64,000 bases of DNA from Octopus sinensis (Eukaryota). Positions 26,123 through 38,069 of the stretch are shown here, piece by piece; position 1 is the first letter of the stretch, and the number at the start of each line of letters is the position of its first letter. The stretch covers positions 187,240,001 to 187,304,000 of the forward strand of contig NC_042998.1 in the NCBI RefSeq assembly GCF_006345805.1. Reading direction: 5' to 3'. The notes below the pieces were generated by a model. That model saw nothing but the letters and a program-made list of their open reading frames with translations, made no database searches and was not told the origin of the DNA. A program made the position numbers and the translations under genes.

Positions 26123-26634
26123 CCGTAAATCCTCGAGTATAGTCCGCCATTGAGTATAATACGCAGGGGATTTTTAGGGGGCTGTTCCTCTGAAAAACCT
26201 AAACCTTGTGTATAATACACACCCCTTCTCTAACTTGAATCAAGGAGGTCTATATAACGTCCTTGGTTTGTAAAACTGTATACGGTAACATCCTTTATTA
26301 TTATTGTATATATAACATAATGCAAACTTGTAGCTTTTTTGTGCATTTTGTTTGCAGAAAATAAAGAAATAACAGTAATAACGTTTAATAAGTGTTGCTT
26401 ACTGCAAGTTATGGATGATTCTTTTATGACTTCATTGCTTTCAGGCTTAGCTTAAGGTATTTTTGCCCCCGACGTCACAAAATGCGTCTGAATAAACATT
26501 GCCGGACAGCAAATTGAGACTCGGACATTGCTTAGAAAATAATTTTCATTTTTAACCTCGTATATAGTATGCACAAGGGATTTTGACCTTTAAATTTCGG
26601 GAAAAAAATGCGGATTATACACGAGAATTTACGG
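26123..26634. mobile_element. Tc1/mariner-superfamily (Tigger/pogo-type) MITE with TA target duplication
   Basis: 25-bp TIRs CCGTAAATCCTCGAGTATAGTCCGC and GCGGATTATACACGAGAATTTACGG (3 mismatches), with TA on both sides. Confidence 0.85.
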
Positions 26635-26934
26635 TATATTATTCATGGGCCCAAAAAGCCTAGTGCTACAGCACCCATGACACCTATCTTAAGCTGGTAT
26701 TGATTGTATGTTTATAGTGGACTGGCATTCTGTTGTTGTTGCTGTTGTTGTCATCACTGCTACCCTCCCACCCATCACCATCATTATCATCATTGACCAG
26801 CTCTCATCATGCAGATCATGATAAAAACCATTCCAACCATAACCAACCATTCTTTTTCATTTTAGGTAATGTATCTGGAGTAACACCATCCAATGCATTG
26901 TTCCATTTTTCAGGATGTGATCTGAAGAAGATTT

Positions 26935-27345
26935 GGCGTAGGAGTGGCTGTGTGGTAAGTAGCTAGCTTACCAACCACATGGTTCTGGGTTCAGTCCCAC
27001 TGCGTGGCATCTTGGGCAAGTGTCTTCTGCTATAGCACCGGGCCGACCAATGCCTTGTGAGTGGATTTGGTAGACGGAAACTAAAAGAAGCCCGTCGTAT
27101 ATATGTATATATGTGTGTGTATGTGTGTTTGTGTGTGTGTGTTTGTTCCCCTAGCATTGCTTGACAACCGATGCTGGTGTGTTTACGTCCCCCGTCACTT
27201 AGCGGTTCGGCAAAAGAGACCGATAGAATAAGTAATGGGCTTACAAAGAATAAGTCCCGGGGTCGATTTGCTCGACTAAAGGCGGTGCTCCAGCATGGCC
27301 GCAGTCAAATGACTGAAACAAGTAAAAGAGTAAAGAGTAAAAGAG
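26935..27345 (+). mobile_element. SINE family A, full length
   Basis: Family A consensus. Confidence 0.88.
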
Positions 27346-28324
27346 TAGGCTCCTCCAACAGTTCAACTAGCACTTAGTTATATCTTTAAGCAAAGATGAA
27401 AATCCAACTTGTTGGAAGTTATTCTGGAAAATAAATATTATATAAAATAGTATCTATCACACTAACATGGGTTGATTCATATTACAATAAGGCAATCATA
27501 AATAAAAACCATATTCTAAACAGATGTGAAAATCATTCTTTCATCTTTCATTGATCACAAGACAAAACAGAAAGTGTACAAAAAATAAATTAAATTTTGA
27601 AACTAAAGCTTATAGATTATATTTTCTGTTCTTGCGTAACATTTTGCTATTCAATAAAACTGTATTGTGCAAAATTTTCTGTTCTGGCATTTCTGAAATG
27701 TTTTTTTTTTTTTTTTTTTTTTGTGTGTGTTTAGAATTGGATCAAACAGTGTCATGACAAAGAGCTATCACCAATAATTTATTCCTAAGCAAAATATCCC
27801 ATCTGGAACTTAAAAGATATTGGGCATTAAAAAAAAAAAAAAATTACCACCACGGTCGCCACCAGCATTGCCATAGTTATTTTATATCAAGCTTTTCCAT
27901 GTTAGCATGAATTGAGTGTTTTATTTTTTTCTCTGAAGCAATGTTTTATGGTTAAAGGTTTTCATGTTGCTAGCCATTTTAGTCAGCTCTCACATTATAC
28001 AAGGACACAGTGTACTTATTCTAAAACTGGGATACACACAGTTAGACATGGGCGATAAAATCAGGAGAGAAAAAGAGACTTAAAAAGGCAAGAATAAAGA
28101 TTTCAAGAAAACATGATTGTTCATTTCCAAATTTTCTTACGCAGTTTCAATGTCTTTTTACTCACAATATATCTTGTATAACAAAAGGTTATCAGAGGCA
28201 GAGGTCACATGATTAAAATGCTGGTTTCTTATTATACATTTTGAAAGCTTGTAACTTAGTGCAGTCGTAACTCTATGTGATAAAAGAATTTAACATTGAT
28301 ATGAGGAAGCTTGAAGTAGAAATA

Positions 28325-28852
28325 GCTGGGAGGTAAGAAGTTTGCTTCTGAATCACATGGTTTCAGGTTCAGTCCCACGTCATAGCGCATCTTAGGCAAG
28401 TGTCTTCAACAATAACCTTAGGCTGATCAAACAGATCAAAACCTTGTGAGTGGATTTGGTTGACAGAAACTGAAAAAATCCCATAGGCACAGGAGTGGCT
28501 GTGTGGTAAGTAGCTTGCTTACCAACCACATGGTTCCAGGTTCAGTCCCACTGCGTGGCACCTTGGGCAAGTGTCTTCTACTATAGCCTCGGGCCGACCA
28601 AAGCCTGTCATATATATGTGTATATATATGCATGCGTGTATGTTTGTGTGTCTGTATTTCTCCCCCAACATCGCTTGACAACCGATGCTGGTGTGTTTAT
28701 GTCCCCATCACTTAGCAGTTTGGCAAAAGAGACTGATAGAATAAGTACTGGGCTTACAAAGAATAAGTCCTGGGGTCGATTTGCTCAATTAAAGGCGGTG
28801 CTCCAGCATGGCCGCAGTCAAATGACTGAAACAAGTAAAAGAGTAAAAGAGT
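28325..28852 (+). mobile_element. Two adjacent or nested SINE family A copies
   Basis: Older partial head at ~28325-28480 followed by a younger copy starting GGCACAGGAGTGGCTGTGTGG at ~28484. Confidence 0.8.
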
Positions 28853-29338
28853 ATATAAATGTGTGTGTGTGTGTGTGTTACTGCCTTCATACCTTGTCTT
28901 CGCGTGATAGTTGTGAGTGAATATCACCATCATGCAAGCAGTATCCTTTATTTTGAGTCTTGGGTGAAAACATATCTGGTCATGGGGAAAACATTATTTT
29001 ATCTGGAAACAGGTGAGGGTTGGTGACAGGAAGAGCATTGGCCATGAAAAATTCCCCTCTATGAATTCCATCTGACCCATGCAAACATGGAAAGTGGATG
29101 TCATGGTGGTGGCAGCAGTATTTGATTTAGGCACAAAGCAAACAATTTTGAGGAGAGGGATTAGTCAGTATCACTGACTTCGGTACTTGACAGGTACTAT
29201 ATTTCATCAAAACCCTGGAGGAACGAAAGCCAATGTTGACCTTAGTGGGATTTGATCTCTCTGAACATAGAGTACAACTACATATATTTTGAGTGCAATC
29301 TCACCAATTTGCCCTTGTTAATGTATACTCCTAATACC

Positions 29339-29573
29339 TATTTCTTTATTACCCACAAGGGGCTAAACATAGAGGGGACAAACATGGACAGACATAGGTA
29401 TTAAGTCGATTATATCGACCCCAGTGCTTAACTGGTACTTAATTTATCGACCCCGAAAGGATGAAAGGTAAAGTCAACCTCGGCGGAATTTGAACTCACA
29501 ACGTAACGGCAGCTGAAATACCGCTAAGCATTTCGCCCGACGTGCTAACGATTCTGCTAGCTCGCCGCCTTAA
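29339..29573 (-). mobile_element. SINE family B1 with 15-bp target-site duplication
   Basis: TATACTCCTAATACC at 29324-29338 and 29574-29588. Confidence 0.9.
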
Positions 29574-29890
29574 TATACTCCTAATACCATTTTATATTCC
29601 TTCAACATGGCACCTGTCACTTTGATTGAGTGGGATACCCCTCCCAAATTTTCCAACATTTGCAGTTATGGTTTGAGCACTAAAACATAAAGAAGAGAAA
29701 AGAAGGGGCATCATTGATGGCCCAAGCGCACAATGTAAAACAATTTCCATGGGTAGCCTTTTAGCTGAACCACCAAGCAGGTGTTGATGTACATTGTAGC
29801 AAATCCAGCCTTTGAAAGCAGAACAGAAACCAACCTTGCTTAAAATGTCCTGGTGTTATATTTCTACTCATTCACTGAGAAATATGGTTG

Positions 29891-30300
29891 CATAGGCGTA
29901 GGAGTGGCTGTGTGGTAAGTAGCTTCTTTATCAACCACATGGTTCCGGGTTCAGTCTCCACTGTGTGGCACCTTGGGAAAATGTCTTCTACTATAGCCTC
30001 GGGCTGACCAAAGCCTTGTGAATGGATTTGGTAGATGGAAACTGAAAGAAGCCTGTCGTATATATGTATATATGTATGTGTGTGTGTGTGTTTGTGTGTC
30101 TGTGTTTGTCCCCCAAACGTCGCTTGACAACCGATGCTGGTGTGTTTACACCCCTGGAACTTAGCGGTTCAGCAAAAGAGACTGATAGAATAAGTACTAG
30201 GCTTACAAAGAATAAGTCCTGGGGTCGATTTGCTCGACTAAAGGCAGTGCTCCAGTATGGCCACAGTCAAATGACTGAAACAAGTAAAAGAGTAAAGAGT
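29891..30300 (+). mobile_element. SINE family A, full length
   Basis: Family A consensus. Confidence 0.88.
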
Positions 30301-30644
30301 ATACAGGCACAAACCCTTTCTCTCAAGCAAACACAAGAGTGCCTGCAAAGAGTGAGGGGTACTATTTTGTGCCGAAGGAAAAGGGTAATAACACCGGTCA
30401 GTGGAAGCCTTGTTCTAAAGTGAGAGAAAAACAATGAACTAATAATGAACTTCAGATTCCTTACATTATAAGTTCGCTTGGGAAGTTGAAATGAGTGTTT
30501 AGTCAAGATACTAGTAACCATTGCAAATGAACTACACTTCTTGGTGTTAGTTTTCTTTTCATTATTGTTGTCATTGATGAGCCATTTAAAAAATTTTCTC
30601 TTGCTGTTTTCATGGCTTTTATTGTTCTCTTTGTCACCATCATT

Positions 30645-31218
30645 TAACATCTATGACCTTCGAACGTTGGGTCTCACAGAGGCAATGACGAAAGACCGAG
30701 ACCTCTGGAGATATGCTGTGACTGCGAAGACCCGACAAATAATGTGAGTTCATGGCTGTTTCCTGCACCAGCTTCACATAGAAGCCCTAGCCCATCCAAA
30801 GTGCCTTGGATCGCAGGACAACCTGCTGTGCTTGAGGAGACCTATTGAGTCAAGTACATCAACATCAAAAAATCAAATGGAAATTGTAGTTGTGATACCT
30901 GTGCCGGTGGCATGTTAAAAGCACCATCCATATGTCGCCAATGCCAGCGTCGCCTTGACTAGCTTCCATGCTGGTGGCACGTAAAAAGCACCAACCGATC
31001 GTGGCCGTTGCCAGCCTCCCCTGACACCTGTGCTGGTGGCACGTAAAAAGCACCCATTACACTCACAGAGTGGTTGATGTTAGGAAGAGCATCCAGCTGT
31101 AGAAACACTGCCTGATCAGAATGGAGCCTGGTACAGCCTCCTGGCTTCCCAGAGCCCGGTCGAACTGTCCAACCCATGCTAGCATGGAAAATGGACATTA
31201 AACGATGATAATGATGAT
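30645..31218 (+). mobile_element. RTE-clade LINE 3' end: ORF terminus, long 3' UTR and (GAT)n tail
   Basis: ..DLRTLGLTEAMTKDRDLWRYAV.. runs directly into family C sequence and the GATGAT tail. Confidence 0.82.
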
Positions 31219-31659
31219 GATTCCATGCTGGCACAAGTTAGACAGTTTGGCTGAAGCTGGTAAGCCAGAGAGCTGCACCAGGCTCCAGTCTGTTTTGGCT
31301 TGGTTTTTGTACAACTGGATGCCCTTTCTAACACCAACCACTCTACAGAGTGTATTGGGTATTTTTTATGTGTCATCAGCACAGGTGCCTTTTACATGTC
31401 ACTAGCACAGGTGCTTTTTATGTATCACAAGCACTGGCCACTTAGCTTAACACATCTTTTCAAGCACAGCAAATCACCAGAATTCTCAGTCATTTGTCAT
31501 TACCTCCACAAAACTCACCAACAAAAAATCATATTTCACCACCTCATCCCACATCTACCTGGGTCTATCTCTTCCAGAAGTTCTATTGTTATTATATTCA
31601 GTTTCTTGTAACTGTTGTTAATGGATGTTGATGTCACTTTCTCTTTTCTCTTTTTTTTT

Positions 31660-32005
31660 CTCTCTTTTTTTACTTGTTTCAGTCATTTGACTGTGGCCAT
31701 GCTGGTGCACGGCCTTTAATCGAGCAACTCAACCCTGGAACTTATTCTTTGTAAGCCCAGTACTTATTCTATCGGTCTCTTTTGCTGAACCGCTAAGTGA
31801 CGGGGGCATAAACACACCAGCATCGGTTGTCAAGCAATGCTAGGGGGACAAACACAGACACACAAACATACACGCACATACATACATATACATATATACG
31901 ACAGGCTTCTTTCAGTTTCCTTCTACCAAATCCACTCACAAGGCTTTGGTCGGCCCGAGGCTATAGTAGAAGACACTTGCCCAAGGTGCCACGCAGTAGG
32001 ACTGA
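31660..32005 (-). mobile_element. SINE family A, 5'-truncated
   Basis: Family A consensus, reverse strand. Confidence 0.85.
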
Positions 32006-32263
32006 CTTGTTTCATTTGACCCTTTGCAAACATTTCCAACCTTTTTGTTGTTGGTCTTGCCAATGTTATCATTTCTATCTTATCTCATTGTCCATTGCAC
32101 TATTTTTCTTCCATTTTTGTTCTTGCCACTATTATTAGTGTTGTTTCTTATCTTGTTGTTATAGTGGCACCATTACCCAATTTACGTCTGTGCTGTGCCA
32201 GAGCATTGCTGGTGTTGTCAGAACTAACAGCAACACATTTATTATCATATTACTCAAAAGAAT

Positions 32264-33132
32264 ACAATTGCAGCGTGGAAGGTGTTTGTAAGCCATTTAA
32301 GAAACACACAAAAGCCGTTCGATTCACTTCAACATTTAAGTTTAATTTGTCAAAATACTTTCGTCGCTTTAAGACCGCGACCTGTTCACTGACAAAAATC
32401 CGTGCTGAGATGCAGCACAGATTTTTGTCAGTGAACAGGTCACGGTCTTAAAGCGACAAAAATCCGTGCTGAGATGCAGCATGGATTTTTGTCAGTGAAC
32501 AGGTCGCGGTCTTAAAGCGACAAAAATCCGTGCTGAGATGCAGCACAGATTTTTGTCAGTGAACAGGTCGCGGTCTTAAAGCGACAAAAATCCGTGCTGA
32601 GATGCAGCATGGATTTTTGTCAGTGAACAGGTCGCGGTCTTAAAGCGACAAAAATCCGTGCTGAGATGCAGCACAGATTTTTGTCAGTGAACAGGTCGCG
32701 GTCTTAAAGAGACAAAAATCCGTGCTGAGATGCAGCATGGATTTTTGTCAGTGAACAGGTCGCGGTCTTAAAGAGACAAAAATCCGTGCTGAGATGCAGC
32801 ACGGATTTTTGTCAGTGAACAGGTCGCGGTCTTAAAGAGACAAAAATCCGTGCTGAGATGCAGCACAGATTTTTGTCAGTGAACAGGTCACGGTCTTAAA
32901 GAGACAAAAATCCGTGCTGAGATGCAGCACAGATTTTTGTCAGTGAACAGGTCACGGTCTTAAAGAGACAAAAATCCGTGCTGAGATGCAGCACAGATTT
33001 TTGTCAGTGAACAGGTCACGGTCTTAAAGCGACGAAAGTATTTTGACAAATTAAAATTAAATGTTGAAGTGAATCGAACGGCTTTTGTGTGTTTCTTAAA
33101 TGGCTTACAAACACCTTTCACGCTGCAATTGT
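32264..33132. mobile_element. Non-autonomous inverted-repeat (fold-back) element with ~130-bp terminal inverted repeats, hammerhead-like arms and an internal tandem array
   Basis: Left end ACAATTGCAGCGTGGAAGGTGTTTGTAAGCC..CTGTTCACTGAC is the near-perfect reverse complement of the right end GTCAGTGAACAG..CACCTTTCACGCTGCAATTGT. Confidence 0.8.
32394..33033 (+). repeat. Minisatellite, 10 x 64 bp, each unit containing a long hairpin with a 5-nt AGATG loop
   Basis: Units start at 32394, 32458, 32522, 32586, 32650, 32714, 32778, 32842, 32906 and 32970. Consensus AAAAATCCGTGCTGAGATGCAGCACAGATTTTTGTCAGTGAACAGGTCRCGGTCTTAAAGMGAC. Confidence 0.97.
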
Positions 33133-33735
33133 TTTCGTCTCAGCACACGATCTCAGATCAAATCACTTGCTATGCAGGTACATCTCCATACTCAAAAGAA
33201 TATCTAGGTGAAAGTCATCACTATTTCACTGTCGCAAGCTATAATTTCAAGGCAAATGACGTTAGTTATCATTACGTTAGTTATCATTACCATGACAATC
33301 ATGGTTGCCTCCTACCATTTCTCCTTCATACTTCAAACTTTTTAACAATAAAAATATTTGTCCGCTGGCTGCAGACAATGACAAAAATTGATTATGCATT
33401 TCTTAATTAGGAAAAACACTGAAATTTAAAAAATTGTCTTTTCCCTGAAAAGGTTTCTAAACAATTATAATGATAAAGATTCCAACTTTAATTAGAGAAA
33501 TTTTTGAAAACTGGAATTAATTTACTGAGCATTAATGCCTATGATTAGAGTGTTCTGGAAATGGCGGTGGTGGTGGTGGTGGCGGCGGCGGCGGTGGTGA
33601 TGATGATGATGATGATGATGATAACAATAACACAAAAACAAATCACACCACATACCCAAGGCCCACAGAGCTGCACTTGGTGGTGCAGTGAAAGCATGCA
33701 ATATAAATAAGACTACTGAATAATAGTAATAGTAG

Positions 33736-33785
<50 letters not shown>

Positions 33786-33829
33786 TAATAATAGAATAGA
33801 ATAGAATAGACAACACAGTAGAAAGTGAT

Positions 33830-34478
33830 AAGTGCAGAATCTGTGGACAAAACAGTGAAACTGTATGGCATATTACCAGCCAATGTCAGCCACTATCCCA
33901 GAAGGAATATAAGAGATGCCATGACAATATAGCCAGGCTTGTCCATTGGACGCTTTGCAACAAGTATGAACTTGACAGAGTGAAAAATTGGTATGATCAC
34001 AAACCTGAAGGCATTGTCGAAAATAGAAATGCAAAGATCCTATGGGATGTTATGATTCAGTGTGACCATGAGATAGAAAAGAGGAAGCCGGGCATAGTCT
34101 TAATTGAGAAAGAAAACAAACTATGCTGGATCATAGATATAGCATGCCCAGCTGACAACAAGATATGCAGTAAGGAAGAAAGAAAAGTCGAGAGATATGA
34201 CAGGTTAGCTTGGGAAGTTAAGCAGTTGTGGTCAATGAAAAAGGTAGCAGTAGTATCAATAATTGTCAGAGCCCTGGGAACAGTGAGCAAAATCTCAAGA
34301 AGTACATGGAACAAATAGGGGCTGCAATAAGGGTGGAGCACTTGCAGAAAACAGCACTACTTGGAACTGCTCAAATACTCCGGAAGGTGCTTGAAAAATA
34401 AGAGGTGTTACCTTAGTTCACTGGTAGTGAACAGCTGACACTGTAGTACATCTTCAGTGTTAGAAACTGTGCAAAGGC

Positions 34479-34480
<2 letters not shown>
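33830..34480 (+). mobile_element. RLE-type (R4/Dong-like) non-LTR retrotransposon, 3' part
   Basis: Zinc-knuckle remnant (HITSQCQPLSQKEYKRCHD), then WYDHKPEGIVEN..ILWD..KPGIVLIEK..IIDIACPAD..EERKVERY (PD..D..E..K restriction-like endonuclease), ending in an (AAT)n tail. Confidence 0.88.
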
Positions 34481-34518
<38 letters not shown>

Positions 34519-34529
34519 GTAGTAGTAAG

Positions 34530-36235
34530 TATATTCAGTATAGCAGACAACATAAAAGAATTAATTAGCTTTAGCATGAAGAAATGGAAAGTAGATCTCT
34601 ACTCAGGTGATACACTCTTAGGGAAAGTTAATATCAAAAGAGGAATTTTCCAGGGGGACTTGAACCCTTTAATATTTGTCTTGTGTTTGATCCCCCTCAG
34701 TTTAGTATTAAGGAAGGCAAAGGCAGGGTATCACTTCAGAAATAGTAAGGGAAAAATTAACCATTTGCTCTACATAGATGATCTGAAGCTTTTTAGTAAT
34801 TTCCTTAATACAGACTGTAAGACACTTCAGCAAAGATATAGGCATGGAATTTGGTGTAGATAAGTGTGCAATATTAGTCATGAAAAGGGGACAGGTAGCC
34901 AACAGTGAAGGCATCCAATTACCAGATAGCCAGACATCAAAATCATTGAAAGGAGTCAAGAGTTATAAGTATCTAGGAGTATTAGAATGTGACAGAGTAC
35001 TAACTATAGAAATGAAAACGAAAATTGAGGAGTACATCAGAAGCATGAAGAAGCTAATGAAGTCAAAGCTAAATGGTTTGAATCTAGTGAAAGCTGTAAA
35101 TACTTGGGCAGTATCATTATTTTAGATACACAGCAGCTTTTGTAGATTGGACAAAAACTGAATTAGCAAAGCTAGGCAAAAGAACTAGGAAGGAATTCAA
35201 TATGAATGGAGGACTCCACCCAAGGACAGGAGCAGCAAGATTATACTTATCTAGAAAGGAAGGTGGAAGAAGGTTAATATCAGTAGAAGACTGCGTTGAG
35301 TTAGCTAGAGTAAATATAGACTCCTATGTAAGTAATAGTGAAGAAAGTTTATTAAAAGCTGCTAGAGTCACAGTACTACATAAAGAAACCAAAAATTCAA
35401 ACAAAGTTAAAAACCAGAAAAAAGAACAGAAATTATCTGACTGGCAAGAGAAAGTGTTGCATTGTAGATTCCCCAAAATAGTTGCAGCAAATAGTCGTTG
35501 TGAAACATGGCTATGGTTGCAGAAAGGAAAGCTGAAAGGGGAGACAGAAAGTTTGTTAGCAGCTGCACAAGATCAAGCATTAAGGACCAATTGGATAAAA
35601 GCCAAGATAGACAAAAACCAAGTAGATTCCCAGTGTAGGTTATGCAAATCACTTACTCATATAGTAAGTGAATGTAGCATGCTGGCACAAAAGAATACAA
35701 GACATGACAAACTAAGGAGAATAATCCACTAAGAGTTATGTAGAAAGCTAGGATTTGAACGTACTAATAAATGGCATGAACATGAACCTAGTAAAGTACT
35801 AGAAAGCAAGAAATACAAACAGAGTAATAGAAACTAGAAGGCCTGATTTAGTAGTAGTAGAATAGAAAGTACCAGATAATTGACTTTACAGACCCAAATG
35901 ATGAAAATATCAATATGAGAGGTATAGACAAAATAGTAAAGTACCAAAACCTAGCCATTGGATTACAGAGACTATGGAAAATGTGGATAAAATGTATCCC
36001 AGTAGTTATAGGTGCATTGGGAACTATCGCTAAAGATCTGAACAGACAGATAGAGGAAATAGGCATAAAACCCAGTTTAGTACAGCTCTGGAAAACAGTG
36101 TTATAAGGGACTACAAGTATACTTAGGAGGGTTCTTGGCATCTAAGGTTACTTGTTGTAGCCCAATGTTAGGTTTGTTTTTTTCTTTTCCAACAGTTTAA
36201 TCTGTTGTGTGCTTATGAAAATGATAATAATAATA
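34530..36235 (+). mobile_element. RLE-type (R4/Dong-like) non-LTR retrotransposon: decayed RT C-terminus, zinc knuckle and endonuclease
   Basis: ORFs show GIFQGD, HLLYIDDLKLF, EFGVDKCA, YKYLGV, AAQDQALRTNWIKAKIDK..CRLCK..HIVSEC and RPDLVVV..IIDF..KIVKY, with stops and frameshifts. Confidence 0.92.
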
Positions 36236-36629
36236 ATAAAAAATACCTGAACTCACAACATTTCAATCAGTCCGAAAGATAGCTCTGATAGCCACATCCA
36301 CATCATATTGAAGAAACTTTCACTTCAACAGAACAACAGATAGTGCACACTCTGCATCCATCACACTCCTTATACAATCCCCCGCTCCATTAAAATAAAA
36401 CAGCAAATACTTTTATAAAATGGATTCCTGACATTGTAACACATTACAGAACCAATAATTGACATATTTTAAATTCTATGCCCTTGCCACCCACACAGAA
36501 CTTATTTTATTTAATCCTCTTCTAACATAAAACCATAAGAGATAAAAACATTTTTCCAGTAACGTAATACATTGTACATTGTGTACACTATAGACAACAC
36601 TAAAATAACACCAGAATCAACAAAGCAGG

Positions 36630-36896
36630 GCTGTACCAAACTGGGTTTTATGCCTATTTCCTCTATCTGTCTGTTCAGATCTTTAACGATAGTTCCCAAT
36701 GCACCAATAACTACTGGGATACATTTTATCCACATTTTCCATAGTCTCTGTAATCAAATGGCTTGGTCCTGGTACTTTACTATTTTTTCTATACCTCTCA
36801 TATTGATATTTTCATCATTTGGGTCTGTAAAGTCAATTATCTGGTACTTTCTATTCTACTACTACTAAATCAGGCCTTCTAGCTTCTATTACTCTG
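36630..36896 (-). mobile_element. Inverted copy of the RLE-endonuclease segment 35820-36086
   Basis: About 9 mismatches in ~267 bp by eye; shares the same in-frame stop (GTAGAATAGAAAG). Confidence 0.88.
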
Positions 36897-37276
36897 TCGG
36901 TCTGAATGTTAAAGTCCCACAACACTGCTTTGCATTCACAAAAGACAACACAGTACATATCTGAGAAACACAGAAGTGCAGCTAATCACACAGCGGAAAC
37001 TTGCATAAAACTGATTATAAATAATAACACTCTGGCATGGCTGTAGGTGCAGCATGGCTATACAGGCACACAAGCATGGCACTATAAGCTCTATGTGCAC
37101 ATATGTGCACAAAGTGTGCAACAAATTGCCATATAAGCTTGAGGTGAAGAATTCAAGCTGTGTTAAACTCCTGCAGCAGCACAATGCAGCTACAGACCAT
37201 CAGTACAGGGGAGGACTATTATGCAGTTGGAAGAGCCACAAGAGTGTGTGTGTGTGTGTGTGTTTGTGTGTGTGCG

Positions 37277-37345
<69 letters not shown>

Positions 37346-38069
37346 ACATGCGTGTGTGCACGTGTGTATTTGTATTTGTTTCTCACTGCTTGACAACCAG
37401 TGTAGGTTTGTTTATGTCACCGTAACTTAGTTGTTCAGTAAAAAAAAATAAATGGGGAGAAATATAAATACCAGACTTATATCTCTAGGGTCAATTTAAT
37501 TGACCGTGGCTACAGCTCAGCGACTGAAACAAATAAAGAATAAAAGAACTTTGGCATGAAAAACTCAATAAGGCCATTATCCAAGATTGACCAAAATCAT
37601 CATCATCATTATTGTAGTCTAACATCCATTTTCCATGCTGGTATGGGTTGGACAGTTTGACAGGATCCAACAAATCAGCTCCCGTGTTTGCTTCAACCTG
37701 GTTTCTACAGCTGGTGCCCTTCCAAATACCAACTGCTTGACAGAGTGTACTGGTTACTTTTATGTGGCTCTGACACATGTAAGGCTGCCCAGTAAGTAGC
37801 AAAACAAGACCCCTCAAATGAAATGGTGTAGTATTGAGGTGGGGAGGGGATTACTCCAGGTGAAAAAGGGAGAAAATGATGAAAAGTTGTCAGGATTTAT
37901 CCTCAAGTTACAAGAATGTGAACATTAGAGAAACAGTCCAGAAGATTGGACAGGGTGAATGGAGTATGAAAGGAGAGCAGCACATAGATGAAGGTGGGTG
38001 CAGATGGATGAAGGTGAGATGGATGGATGAAGGTGAGATGGATGGAGTTGAATGCAGTGAATGGTGGAT

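Noticed and set aside
32394-33033. CRISPR-like appearance (hairpin repeat plus spacer)
   Set aside because: The spacers are essentially identical, the context is eukaryotic and there are no cas genes; this is a tandem repeat.
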